Source of the DNA: Thermoplasmata archaeon
Lineage (GTDB): Archaea > Thermoplasmatota > Thermoplasmata > Lutacidiplasmatales > UBA184
Length of the DNA: 64,000 nt
Direction of reading: 5' to 3'
Assembly: GCA_028864975.1 (NCBI GenBank)
Contig: JAGWLG010000017.1
Span: 1,624-65,623, forward strand
Shown here: positions 1-11,500 of the stretch, piece after piece
Layout: each line of letters opens with the position of its first letter
Numbering within the stretch: position 1 is the stretch's first letter
Position numbers and translations under genes: made by a program
The notes under the pieces: model-generated
What the model saw: the letters and a program-made list of their open reading frames with translations, nothing else
Told to the model about the DNA's origin: nothing
The model's database searches: none

Positions 1-3000
1 AGCTGCACCGGGACGGGGTGCTACTCGGGCATCAACGACCCGGCCACGTTCTCGATCGCGGCCCCCACCACCGAGACCGCGAGCTTCGTCGCGGTGGCGG
101 TCGTGCCGGTGACCTTCCTGGAGTCCGGGCTGCCCACGGGGACCAGCTGGTCGGTCATCCTGAACGGGGTCGCGGCCTCGGCAACGGGGCAGAACATCAC
201 GTTCAACGTCACGGCGGGGACCTACAGCTACACGATCCTGACGCCGATCGCGGGCGGGGCGGGCGTGCAATACGTCGTGACCAGCCCTGCCGCCGCCGGG
301 GCGATCACGGTCTCTTGGCATCAGACGCAGAGCGTCACGTACACGACCCAGTACCAGCTCACGATGGTCGCCTCCCCGGCGGGGGCCGGTACGGTCTCCC
401 CCACCAGCGGTGGTTGGTACAACGCCGGCAGCGGTGTGACCCTGACCGCGGTGGCGGCGGGAGGGTACGCCTTCGCCTCCTGGAGCTGCGTGGGAACGGG
501 ATGCTATGCCGGGACGAACGACCCGGCCTCCTTCACGATATCGGCCGCGACGACGGAGACCGCCAACTTCGCCTCGGTGCCTACCGTCCCGATGACCTTC
601 CTGGAGTCCGGGCTCCCCTCCACTACCGGCTGGTCGGTGACCTTGAACGGCGTCACGACCTCGGCCACCGGCGCGAACATCACGTTCAACGTGACGCAGG
701 CCACCTACAGCTACGCGATCATGAGCCCGATCTCGGGGGGAGCGGGCGTTCAGTACGTGGTCTTGTCGCCGGCGTCCTCGGGGACCCTCACGGTCACCTG
801 GCACCAGACGCAGGCGGTTGCCTACGCCACCCAGTACCAGCTCACCACCGCGGCGGCGCCCGCCGGAAGCGGGACCGTCTCCCCCGCGAGCGGGTCCTGG
901 TACACCGCGGGTTCCTCGGTCACCCTTAGCGCGGTCGCCTCCACCGCCTACGCGTTCTCGGCCTGGAGCTGCACCGGGACCGGCTGTTACGCGGGGACGA
1001 ACGACCCTGCGACGGTCACGGTCGGGTCCCCCACGACCGAGACGGCGGACTTCGTCGCGACCCCCACCGTCCCCGTGAGCTTCGTGGAGGTGGGACTCCC
1101 TGCCGGGAGCTCCTGGTCGGTGACCCTGAACGGGGTCGCGGCCTCGGCCTCCGGTCAGAACGTCACGTTCAACGTTACGGCTGGCAGCTATTCCTACGCC
1201 CTTGCCACGCCGATCTCCGGGGGCTCCGGCATCCAGTACGTGGTCTCGAGCCCCTCGGCCGCCGGGACCCTCGCGGTCACCTGGCACCAGACCCAGAGCG
1301 TGGTCTACGCCACCCAGTTCCAGCTGACGATGACGGTCGCGCCGGTCGGCGGGGGCACGGTCTCTCCCTCCAGCGGGAACTGGTACCCCTCGGGGTCCCT
1401 GGTCACGCTAACCGCGGTCGCGGCCTCAGGCTATGCGTTCTCCTCCTGGAGCTGCGCGGGGACCGGCTGCTATTCGGGGACGAACGACCCGGCGACCCTC
1501 GCGATCGCAGGCCCCACGACCGAGACGGGGAACTTCGTGGCCACGCCGACCGTCCCCCTAAGCTTCATGGAATCCGGCCTTCCGGGCGGGACCTCTTGGT
1601 CGGTGACGTTGAACGGGGTCGCGGCCTCCGCGAGCGGGTCCAACGTCACGTTCAACGTCACGGCGGGCACGTACAGCTACGCCCTCCTCACCCCCATCCC
1701 GGGGGGCACCGGGGTCCAGTACGTCGTGACCAGCCCTTCGGCGGCCGGGACCGTCGTGGTCTCCTGGCATGGGACCCAGAGCGTGGCGTACGGCACGCAG
1801 TACCAGCTGACGATGGTCGCCGCCCCGGCAGGCGGAGGGACGGTGTCCCCGACGTCGGGGTCGTGGTACGCCTCCGGCGGCTCGGCGACCCTCAGCGCGG
1901 TGGCGGCGGCCGGTTACGCCTTTTCGTCGTGGAGCTGCACAGGGACCGGATGCTATGCCGGCACGAGCGACCCCGCGACCCTGACCCTCGCGGGCCCGAC
2001 CACCGAGACGGCCGACTTTGTAGCCGTTCCGACGGTCCCCTTGACGTTCCTCGAGTCCGGGCTCCCGGCGGGTACCTCGTGGTCAGTGACCCTGAACGGG
2101 GTCGCCGGTTCGGCGACGGGTCAGAACATCACGTTCAACGTGACCCAGGCCAGCTACAGCTACGCGATCGCCGGGCCGATCGCGGGAGCCCTGGGCGTAC
2201 AGTACGCGGTCACCAGTCCGGCCGCCTCAGGGACCCTTTCGGTGACCTGGCACGCGACCGAGGCCGTTGTCTACACCACAGAGTACCAATTGACGACCGC
2301 GGTCGCACCCTCCGGCAGCGGCTCCGTTTCCCCTGCCACCGGTTCCTGGTCCATCTCCGGGAGCAGCGTCACCCTCTCCGCGGTCGCCGCGGCGGGCTAT
2401 GTGTTCTCGGCTTGGAGCTGCTCCGGAACGGGATGCTACGCGGGGAGCAGCGATCCCGCGACGTTCTCGATCGGCGGTCCCACCACCGAGACCGCGGGAT
2501 TCATGGCGGTCACCACCGCCCCGATCGCCTTCCTCGAGTCCGGCCTTCCCGGAGGGACGCTATGGTCGGTGGCCCTGAACGGGGTTTCCGCCTCCTCGAC
2601 GGGACAGAACCTGACCTTCAATGTCACGGCGGGGAGCTACACCTACTCCGTGTCCACCCCCATCGCCGGCGCCGTCGGGGTCCAGTACCTCGTCACCAGC
2701 CCCTCCCCTTCGGGCACGGTCACGGTCGGGGCCTCCCATGTGACCGAGGCTGTGACCTACTCGACCCAGTACCAGCTTACGACGACCGTCGCTCCCTTGG
2801 GCGGCGGCGCGGTCTCCCCTGTTAGCGGGAGCTGGTACGATGCGGGGAGCACGTTGACCCTCACTGCGGTGGCGTCCTCCGGCTACGCCTTTACGTCATG
2901 GACCTGCTCGGGCACCGGCTGCTACGCAGGGACGAGCGATCCCGCGAGCTTCGCCATCGCGGGACCTACCACCGAGACCGCGAACTTCGCGGCGGTCACC

Positions 3001-4440
3001 ACCGCCCCTGTCAGCTACCTGGAGTCAGGGCTCCCCACCGGGACCCCCTGGTCGGTCTCGCTCAACGGGGTCTCGGTCTCTTCGAGCGGGCAGAACATCA
3101 CGTTCAACGCGACCGCGGGCTCCTACACCTATGCGATCTCCACCCCTATCTCGGGCGGGACCGGCGTGGAGTTCGTCGTCCGCACCCCGAGCCCGTCGGG
3201 GACCGTGACCGTCGGGGTCTCCCACCTGACCCAGGCCGTCTCCTACACGACGCAGTACCAGCTGACCACGGCGGTGAGCCCCGTCGGCACGGGTACGGTC
3301 TCTCCGGCGAGCGGGACCTGGTACGATGCGGGAAGCGGCGTCACGGTGACCGCCGTCCCATCCCCTGGATACTCGTTCTCTAGCTGGACCTGCCTAGGAA
3401 CGGGTTGCTATTCGGGGACCAACGACCCCGCCACGTTCGTCATCGGCGGGGCTACGACGGAGACGGCGAACTTCGTTCCCCTCCCGAGCCAGGTGCCGGT
3501 GAGCTTCCTGGAGTCCGGCCTTCCCGGCGGCACGACGTGGTCGGTGACGCTCAACGGGATCGTGGGCACAGCGAGCGGGCAGAACATCACCTTCAACGTG
3601 ACGGCAGGGACCTACGGGTACTCGGTGGAGACGCCGATCGCAGGGGCGACCGGGGTCCAGTACGTTGCGACCTCGTCGGCCTCGGGGACGCTCACCGTAG
3701 GGAGCTCGTTCTTGGTGCAAGCCGTAGGGTACGGGACGGAGTACCAGCTGAGCACCGCGGCGACCCCGGCGGGGAGCGGATCGGTCTCGCCGACGAGCGG
3801 CGGGTGGTATGCCAGCGGAGCCACGGTGTCGCTGACAGCGCTCCCCGCGAGCGGCTACACCTTCTCGGTTTGGACCTGCACAGGGGCGGGCTGCTATGCA
3901 GGGACCAACGACCCGGCGACCTTGACGATGGGCGCGCCCACGACCGAGACGGCGAGCTTCACAGCTGTCGCGGCCACCTACGCGGTGACGTTCACGGAGA
4001 GCGGGCTGGCACCCGGGACGAGCTGGTGGGTGGCGCTGAACGGGGCGACGGAGGCCTCCACGACCACGACGATCGTGTTCCAGGAGCCCGACGGGACCTA
4101 CTCCTATGCGCTGGAGACGCCGGTGGCGGGCTCGGCGGGGGTCCAGTACACCGCGACCTCGGGATCGGGAAGCGTGACGGTCTCGGGTGTACCGACCGGG
4201 GTCGCCGTTCCCTTTGCCACCCAGTACTGGGTCTCCGTCGGGGCCTCACCGGCGGGGGGAGGCTCGGTCTCCCCCTCGAACGGCTGGACCGCCGCGGGCC
4301 TGTCGGTCACCCTCCTTGCGACGGCGTCGCCGGGCTGGAGGTTCGTGAGTTGGGACGGGCTCGGAAACGGAAACTACTCCGGCACAAGCGACCCGGCGAC
4401 CGCGACTGCGAACGGGCCGCTCACCGAGGTGGCTACCTTC
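1..4440 (+). repeat. In-frame tandem protein-module repeat, period ~483 nt, at least 9 diverged copies
   Basis: The 'V(T/S)F(L/V/M)ESGLP' module starts recur near nt 103, 583, 1066, 1549, 2032, 2518, 3001, 3490 and 3976. Copies are diverged at the nucleotide level, so this is an old duplication rather than a recent expansion. Confidence 0.85.
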
Positions 4441-5259
4441 GCGCCCGTAACGCCGCCACCCCCGGTGCGGTACGAGGTCAGCTTCGTGACAAACCCTGCC
4501 ACGTGCGGAGAGGTGGTGTTCGCAGGGACAGGGTATGGGAACGGGGCGCGAGTGAACGTCTCGGCGGGGAGCTATGGGGTCAGCGCCCTGGCGTGTTCCG
4601 GCTACGTGGTGAGCTCGATCGCGGCGGGCGGGTTCGTCTACTGGCCCGGGAACGGGACGGCAAGGGTCTCCGCGAGTGGGACGCTCACCGCGCTCTTCTC
4701 TCCGCAGGCGCCGCCGAGCCCTGGGCCAAGTTGGCTCGCGGGGCTCGTGACCCCGGCCACTTCGACGGTGGAGGTCGACGGGCAAGCGGTGACGGTGGAC
4801 TCGAGCGGGCACTTCAACGTCACCGCGACCCCCGGGACGCACACGGTAACCGCCACTGCGAGCGGCTACGTGGGCTCCGGACCGCTGTCCGTCGGTGTGC
4901 CGGTGGGCTCTGGCGCGTTCGTGACGATCACCCTGTCGAAGCAGCCAAGCAGCTCCAGCACCCCCACCAACCTGGCGGGAGGGGCCATACCCGACTGGGC
5001 GCTCCTGCTGCTCCTGATCCTTGTCATCGTCGGGATGGCCATCGTGCTGGCCGTCACGGCCCAGAAGCGGAGGAAGGACCGTCGGGAGAAGCAGGAGCTG
5101 GAGGCAGCCCTGATCAGGGCGAGCTCCGCTTCCACGACGGCCACTGAGCCCGATGGGGCCCCGCCCTCGAGCGTGGAGTCGGACCCCCAAGCCACACCAG
5201 CACCCGCCGAGGAAGACCCCGTCCACCTCGCGGAGGACTCCCAATCCCCGGACGGCTAA
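1..5259 (+). CDS. Giant surface protein, 5'-partial. At least 9 tandem ~160-aa modules, a C-terminal beta-sandwich-like domain, a single TM anchor and an acidic/Pro-rich tail
   Basis: Frame 1 is open from nt 1 (SCTGTGCYSGINDPATF... precedes the listed Met at 94) to the stop at 5257-5259. Each module has two halves: 'VTFxESGLPxGTxWSVxLNG..NITFNVTxGxYSY' and 'YQLTxxxxPxGxGTVSPxSGxWYxxGxxVTLTAVxxxGYxFxSWxCxGTGCYAGTxDPAxxxxxxPTTETAxF' (InlB B-repeat-like). The C-terminus has the hydrophobic segment PDWALLLLLILVIVGMAIVLAV followed by KRRKDRREK. Confidence 0.9.
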   Translation, partial: SCTGTGCYSGINDPATFSIAAPTTETASFVAVAVVPVTFLESGLPTGTSWSVILNGVAASATGQNITFNVTAGTYSYTILTPIAGGAGVQYVVTSPAAAGAITVSWHQTQSVTYTTQYQLTMVASPAGAGTVSPTSGGWYNAGSGVTLTAVAAGGYAFASWSCVGTGCYAGTNDPASFTISAATTETANFASVPTVPMTFLESGLPSTTGWSVTLNGVTTSATGANITFNVTQATYSYAIMSPISGGAGVQYVVLSPASSGTLTVTWHQTQAVAYATQYQLTTAAAPAGSGTVSPASGSWYTAGSSVTLSAVASTAYAFSAWSCTGTGCYAGTNDPATVTVGSPTTETADFVATPTVPVSFVEVGLPAGSSWSVTLNGVAASASGQNVTFNVTAGSYSYALATPISGGSGIQYVVSSPSAAGTLAVTWHQTQSVVYATQFQLTMTVAPVGGGTVSPSSGNWYPSGSLVTLTAVAASGYAFSSWSCAGTGCYSGTNDPATLAIAGPTTETGNFVATPTVPLSFMESGLPGGTSWSVTLNGVAASASGSNVTFNVTAGTYSYALLTPIPGGTGVQYVVTSPSAAGTVVVSWHGTQSVAYGTQYQLTMVAAPAGGGTVSPTSGSWYASGGSATLSAVAAAGYAFSSWSCTGTGCYAGTSDPATLTLAGPTTETADFVAVPTVPLTFLESGLPAGTSWSVTLNGVAGSATGQNITFNVTQASYSYAIAGPIAGALGVQYAVTSPAASGTLSVTWHATEAVVYTTEYQLTTAVAPSGSGSVSPATGSWSISGSSVTLSAVAAAGYVFSAWSCSGTGCYAGSSDPATFSIGGPTTETAGFMAVTTAPIAFLESGLPGGTLWSVALNGVSASSTGQNLTFNVTAGSYTYSVSTPIAGAVGVQYLVTSPSPSGTVTVGASHVTEAVTYSTQYQLTTTVAPLGGGAVSPVSGSWYDAGSTLTLTAVASSGYAFTSWTCSGTGCYAGTSDPASFAIAGPTTETANFAAVTTAPVSYLESGLPTGTPWSVSLNGVSVSSSGQNITFNATAGSYTYAISTPISGGTGVEFVVRTPSPSGTVTVGVSHLTQAVSYTTQYQLTTAVSPVGTGTVSPASGTWYDAGSGVTVTAVPSPGYSFSSWTCLGTGCYSGTNDPATFVIGGATTETANFVPLPSQVPVSFLESGLPGGTTWSVTLNGIVGTASGQNITFNVTAGTYGYSVETPIAGATGVQYVATSSASGTLTVGSSFLVQAVGYGTEYQLSTAATPAGSGSVSPTSGGWYASGATVSLTALPASGYTFSVWTCTGAGCYAGTNDPATLTMGAPTTETASFTAVAATYAVTFTESGLAPGTSWWVALNGATEASTTTTIVFQEPDGTYSYALETPVAGSAGVQYTATSGSGSVTVSGVPTGVAVPFATQYWVSVGASPAGGGSVSPSNGWTAAGLSVTLLATASPGWRFVSWDGLGNGNYSGTSDPATATANGPLTEVATFAPVTPPPPVRYEVSFVTNPATCGEVVFAGTGYGNGARVNVSAGSYGVSALACSGYVVSSIAAGGFVYWPGNGTARVSASGTLTALFSPQAPPSPGPSWLAGLVTPATSTVEVDGQAVTVDSSGHFNVTATPGTHTVTATASGYVGSGPLSVGVPVGSGAFVTITLSKQPSSSSTPTNLAGGAIPDWALLLLLILVIVGMAIVLAVTAQKRRKDRREKQELEAALIRASSASTTATEPDGAPPSSVESDPQATPAPAEEDPVHLAEDSQSPDG

Positions 5260-5502
5260 CGATCCCCGGCTCGCGTCGGGCTTCGATCGACAACGCCGAT
5301 CCACAGAAGGAGCCTACGCGCGGTGGGGGATCGACTCTTCACGCGGTCTTCAGAAAGGGGATGACCTTCGTCAGGGCGTGTGAGGAGTACCGTAGAGCGA
5401 CCGCACCCTTCAGCATCCTCTCCTAGCACCGCTTCGGCGAGGGAAGCATGCGCGACTGGGAGGCACGCAGATATACGTGGGAATGCGGAGCCGACTCGAA
5501 AC

Positions 5503-5510
5503 GATTATGA
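5503..5510 (+). promoter_or_regulatory. TATA-like AT-rich box (gattatga) about 30 nt upstream of ATG 5536
   Basis: It is an isolated AT-rich octamer in a GC-rich intergenic region. The spacing fits an archaeal TATA box with a leaderless or near-leaderless start. Confidence 0.35.
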
Positions 5511-5535
5511 AGGGGACGGGACGTTCGAGTCTGCT

Positions 5536-8500
5536 ATGCCTGAGCCTGGGGATTGCCTACCAATGGAAAGCTGTCATTTCGAATCCACTCTATCGGAAAA
5601 GGGACGCACGGCTCCCGGGCCACGGTGGCATCTCCTCGCGTTGACCCTGGCGTTCGTTTTCCTCATGGCCGTCCCGGGCCTACCCTCGGGGGCGGCGTCA
5701 ACAACCCCCGCGCTCCCCCACCCTGCCACCGCTCACACGAACACCCTTCAGACCTTGCCGACCCTTCCCCCGGGTTTTCTTGGTAGGCTCGGAGGAGTGG
5801 CCCACTTCCTCCCGTCGACCTTGCTCTTCCCTTCTGGTGAGTCCGCGCGTTCTTCCGCTGCTTCCCCCAACATCGTCTCCTATTGTGGGGCGTTCGGTTG
5901 TGGGCCCTTGACGTACTACGGCGGACCGGTGATGCACAACCCTACGGTCTACCAAATCTGGTGGGAACCGAGCGGGTTCACGTATGATGGGACCGACACT
6001 CTAAGTGTGGGGGCTTCGGACCAAGAATATCGCAACGTGATCAACGGATGGTTCCTCAACGACACGAACAGTGGATGGATGACGCTCCTACAACAGTACA
6101 CTGATGGATCGGGAGCTCCCGGGAAGACCGTGACCCTCGCGGGTCAGTTCATGGACACCAGCGCGTTCCCTTGCGGGACCTGCGGCAGCGTGCGGACCCC
6201 GCTGTACGACTCGGACGTCCAGACCGAGGTTCAGAAGATCATCACGAACTACGGTACCCCGGACGGCTACAACACGGAGTACTTCGTCTACACTCCGCTC
6301 GGCGTGGTGGAGTGCCAAGCGAACCCCCCCGGCCGTCAGGGATGCACGGCGAACGCGGGTGGGACCTACGCGGGATATTGCGCGTATCACGGAGGCTTCA
6401 CCGACGCGAACGCCAATCCTGCCACCTACGCGTACATGTACGACGTGGGGTCGAGTCTCGGGAGCTGCTCTTCGTGGACGGACACGGTCTTCCCCTACGG
6501 GGCGAACGGCGACCAGTACGCGGACTACGAGATCTCCGTCGTGTCGCACGAGTTCGCCGAGTCGATCACCGATGTCGACGTGTGGCAAGCGACCACGTGT
6601 TCGAGCGGTACGACACTCGCCTGGTACGACTGTACCTATGGGGAGATCGGGGACGAGTGCGCTTACGTCTTCCCTGGTGCCGGAGCGCTCCAGGACCACC
6701 CCGTGGCGGTGCAGCTTCAGCACCCGTACTTCTACCAGCCGGAGTACTCGAACAGCGCGGGGAGTTGCGCCTTCGACCCCGCCTCCCTCCCCGCAGCGTC
6801 CGGACCATCGATCGTGAACGTGAACGCCCAGCCGTCCACGATCACATTAGGACAGACCACGCACATCTTCGTCAATGTCACGAATACGGCATCGGCGGCC
6901 CAGTGGGGAAACCTCACGGTGGACTTCCCGGGGGCCAGCGCAGGCTCCCTCAGCATCGTTGCAGCCCACACCACGTTCAGCGCGACCCCCACCGTCGTCC
7001 CGACGGGGACGGTCATCCAAGGGTGCTACTCGGTGTGCAAGGTGACCACGACCTACCCGGCCGTGGTCGCGTTCCAAGCGCCGTGGGCGGCGTCCTCGAC
7101 ATATGAGCTCGAGGTGGCCTACACCCCCACGACCTCCGGCGCCCTGAACTACTTCGTCAAGGCCACCATGGGCGCCCAGGGTATTGACCAGGCCACGGAG
7201 TGGGTGCCTCTCTCGAACGCGGTCACGGACCAGCAACGGGAGAACGTCACCTCCTATTCGATCACCGTGAACCCATCAGCCTCCCACACCGTCACGCTCT
7301 CGATCAATCCTGCTACAGGCGGGGGTTATCTTACCTCGGGCGCCAACAGCTACTACAATGGTCAGCCCCTGACCGTACCGACCGCTGGGCTCACCATCGG
7401 CTTCGTCGCGAATCCCGGCTGGCACTGGGTGGCCCCCTACGGCACCACGCTTGCGGACAGCGTATCGGGATCCACTCTGACGGCGACTTCCAACGGTGGC
7501 AAGCTCTTCCTGAATTTCACGCAGTACCCGTTGGTAACCTACGTAGTCAATCCCTCCACCTGCAGTCCGCTGGCCAACGCCATCAACACCACCGGGACCG
7601 TCGCGGCAATGACCACAGGTGGGACCTCCAACTTCTTCGACGTCTACGGGACCCAGGCCCCGATGCCCAACCCTCTCGGCATCAGCGCGCCCGCCTGCGC
7701 CGGGAACACCTTCACGACGTGGGGCGCCGGTCCGGCCATCACATTCGGCTCCGCAGCTACCACCGCCACCAACACGATCACCAAGCTGACCAGCAACGCC
7801 ACGCTCTGGGCCAACTACACGGCCACTCCCAATCCCACCGTGACGTTCATCCTCAACCCCGGTACCGGGGCGGGGGCCGTGCGGGTCAATGGGGTCGCCT
7901 ATTACAACAGCCAGACCGAGAGCACGTTGGCCGCAGGGACCTACTCGTTGGCGGCTGTCGTCGACCCCTGGGCCCACTTCTCGACCTGGGGGACCTCCGC
8001 AGGGCTCGCCATCGGGGCGGGAACGGTCACCATCACCCGGACCGGGAACCTCTACGTCAACTTCACCGGCTACCCGCTCCTCACCTTCGCGACCAACCCC
8101 ACGGCCTGCAGCCCGCTCGACTTCAACGGGAGCCTCCAGGCGACCGGCAGCTCCGCGCACTACATGGCGAGCGGCTCCCCCTTCAACATCGGTGCCCTCG
8201 TTTGTTCGGGAGAGACCTGGTCCACGTGGACGTCCACCGGCGGGGTCTCCGTCGCGACACCCACCTCGGCCTCCACGACCGCGACGCTCACCCTGCCGAA
8301 CGGCACGCTGACCGCGAACTACGCTGCCGTCAGCACGTATACGGTCACGTTCAATGAGGTGGGCGTCCAGACCTGGCTCCCCACCTGGGGGGTTACCCTC
8401 AATGGGGTCGCCAAGACCGCGGCCCCTGGCGTGGCCATCAGCTTCACCGTCAACACCGGGACCTCGTACTCCTACAGCGTCCCGACCCTCGCGGTCAATA

Positions 8501-11500
8501 CATGGGTGCAGGACCTCCCCTCCCCCGCGAGCGGGACGGGGAGCTCGGCCGCGACCATCTCGACCACGTTCACGGTCCAGGACCTCCTCACGATGGCCGT
8601 CGCTCCCGCGGCTTCGGGCACCGTCGGCCCCGGCACCGGTTGGGTCGCGGACGGTGTGGGGGTCTCGATCTCGGCGGGGGCCGCCCCTGGCTACTCGTTC
8701 AGCTCTTGGACCGGCGCCCCGGCCGCGCGCGGCGCTTACTCAGGGACCAACGACCCTCAGACCGTTACGCCCTCGGGGGGCGGTATCAACGAGACCGCGA
8801 ACTTCGTGGCCGCGACCACGTATGCCGTCACCTTCAGCGAGAGCGGGGTCCAGGCGTGGTTCCCCACGTGGGGCGTGACCCTGAACGGCGTCACGAAGAC
8901 CGCAGCTCCAGGAGTCTCAATCACGTTCAACCTCCCCACGGGGACTTCGTACAGCTACACGGTGCCCACGATAGCGGTCAACGCCTGGGTCCAGGACGTT
9001 CCCACGCCCAACAGCGGTTCCGGGAGCGTCGCCGCCACCATCCCCGTAGCCTTCCAGGTCCAGGACCTCCTGACCACCGCGGTCAGCCCTGCAGCGTCCG
9101 GCACCGTCAGCCCGGGCACGGGCTGGGTCGCTGACGGCGTTGGCGTCGCCATCTCCGCCGGCCCCGCCTCGGGCTATGCCTTCAGCTCTTGGACGGGAGC
9201 CCCGGCCGCGCGTGGCGCCTACTCCGGCACCAACAACCCCCAGACCGTCACCCCCTCCGGCGGCGGGATCAACGAGACCGCCAACTTCGCTGCCCTGACC
9301 AGCTACACGGTCTCGTTCTCCGAGACCGGGGTCCAGGCTTGGTACCCCACTTGGGGGGTCACCCTCAACGGGGTCACCAAGACCGCGGCCCCGGGGGTTG
9401 GCATCAGCTTCACCATCCCTACGGGGACTTCTTACAGTTACACTGTCGGGACGATTGCCGTGAACGCTTGGGTGCAGGATGTGCCCGGCCCTTCGAGCGG
9501 CTCGGGCAGCACCGCCGCGACGGTCGCCGTGACGTTCCAGATCCAGGACCTTCTCACCATGGCGGTGAGCCCGGCCGCCTCCGGGAGCGTGAGCCCGGGC
9601 ACGGGGTGGATCGCGGACGGTGTCGGGGTCGCGATCTCCGCCGGGGCGGCCGCAGGCTACTCGTTCGGCGCCTGGATGGGCACCCCCGCGGCACGCGGGG
9701 CGTATTCGGGGACGAACGACCCCCAGACCGTCACCCCCTCCGGCGGCGGGATCAACGAGACCGCGGACTTCACCGCGGCGACGACCTACGCGGTCACGTT
9801 CAGCGAGAGCGGGGTCCAGGGCTGGTGGGCGAGCTGGGGCGTCACCTTGAACGGCGTCTCCAAGACCGCGGCACCGGGCGTCTCGATCACCTTCAACGTA
9901 CCGACCGGTACGCCGTACAGCTACACGGTGCCCTCGATCGCGGTCAACACTTGGGTGCAGGACATCCCCGTCCCCGCGAGCGGCTCGGGCTCCGCGGCGG
10001 CCACCGTCGCGGTCGCCTTCGCGGTGGAGGACCTCCTCACCATGGCCGTGGCCCCCGCCGCCTCGGGGACCGTCAGTCCTGGCACGGGTTGGGTGCCTGC
10101 GGGTTCGATCGTGAGCATCTCGGCGGGACCCGCTAGCGGCTACGTCTTCTCCAGTTGGACGGGAACGGGGGCGACCGGAGCGTACAGCGGCACCAACGAC
10201 CCCCAGTCCATCACGGTCAACGGAGGCATCAACGAGACCGCCAACTTCGCGGCCACCACGACCTACACTGTGACCTTCACGGAGTCCGGGGTCCAGACCT
10301 GGTGGGCCAGCTGGGGCGTGACCCTGGACGGCGTCACCAAGACGGCCGCCCCGGGAGGCTCGATCAGCTTCTCGGTGCCGACCGGGCAGTCCTACAGCTT
10401 CACGGTGGGGTCCATCGCGGTCAATACCTGGGTCCAGGATGTTCCCTCCCCTGCGAGCGGCTCTGGGAGCACGACAGCGACGGTCGCCGTGGCCTTCTCG
10501 GTGAAAGACCTCCTCACCATGTCGGTCAGCCCCGTCAACAGCGGGACGGTGAGCCCAGGGACCGAATGGGTCGCGACGGGGACCCCGGTAACCATCTCGG
10601 CAGGAGCCGCCGCAGGCTACGTCTTCAGCAGTTGGGCGGGAACCGGGGCGAGCGGCGCCTACAGCGGAGCCTCGAACCCGGACACCATCACCGTCAACGG
10701 CGGCATCAACGAGACCGCCAATTTCGTGGCTCCGGGCACGTACACCGTGACCTTTACGGAGACCGGGGTCCAGAGCTGGATCGCGACCTGGTCGGTCACC
10801 CTGAACGGTGTCACCAACACGGCAGCCCTGGGCAGCCCGATCAACTTCATCGTGACGACCGGGACGTCATACTCCTACTCGGTGTCCACGATCACGGTCA
10901 ACACCTGGGTCCAGGACCAACCTTCTCCGTCGGGCGGCACCGGGAGCTCTGCGGCCACCATCGCCATCACGTACACCGTCGAGGACCTCCTGACCACCGC
11001 CGTGTCCCCTGCGAGCTCGGGGACCGTGAGCCCCGCGACGGGATGGGTCCCGGACCTGACCCCGGTCAGTCTGTCCGCGGGTCCTGCGAGCGGCTACGCC
11101 TTCGGTTCCTGGACCGGCACGGGGGCCACGGGGGCCTACTCCGGCTCGAACAACCCCCAGAGCATCACGGTGAACGGCGGGATCAATGAGACCGCGAACT
11201 TCGTCCCGACCACCACGTACACGGTGACCTTCACGGAGACCGGGGTGCAGGCCTGGTGGAGCGGTTGGGGCGTCACCCTCAACGGGGTCACCACCACCTC
11301 GCTGCCGGGGGCACCTGTCGTCTTCAATGTCCCGACAGGTCAGTCGTACTCGTACACGGTCGGCATGATCACCGTCAACGGCTGGGTCGAGGACCTTCCC
11401 TCGCCCTCCTCGGGCTCGGGAAGCTCGGCCGCGACCATCGCGGTCGCCTTTGCGGTCGAGGACCTCCTCACCATGTCCGTCGCCCCCGCCAGCAGCGGGA

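Noticed and set aside
4246-5304. Long ORFs on the opposite strand or in alternative frames inside the giant genes. Examples are 4246..5304(-), 7276..8160(-), 7200..8357(+), 17961..19796(-), 20236..22164(+), 45356..47332(+), 60158..61522(-), 60631..62907(+), 52501..54315(+) and 31477..32967(+).
   Set aside because: These are shadow ORFs typical of high-GC DNA. Their translations are dominated by Arg/Gly/Pro/Asp runs with no motifs, and each is fully overlapped by a frame that carries clear domain signatures, signal peptides and GC-rich third positions.
5380-5535. Start at 5380 for the second giant gene.
   Set aside because: The first 52 aa (RSTVERPHPSASSPSTASAREA...) precede the signal-like hydrophobic segment by about 90 residues and look non-coding. 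A TATA-like box lies at 5503-5510 inside this stretch. Mets at 5536 and 5563 are preferred.
6540-6580. 'SHEFAESITD' as a zincin (HExxH) protease active site.
   Set aside because: The motif is H-E-x-x-E, not H-E-x-x-H. No downstream third-ligand pattern is recognisable. It is kept only as an unassigned conserved-looking helix.
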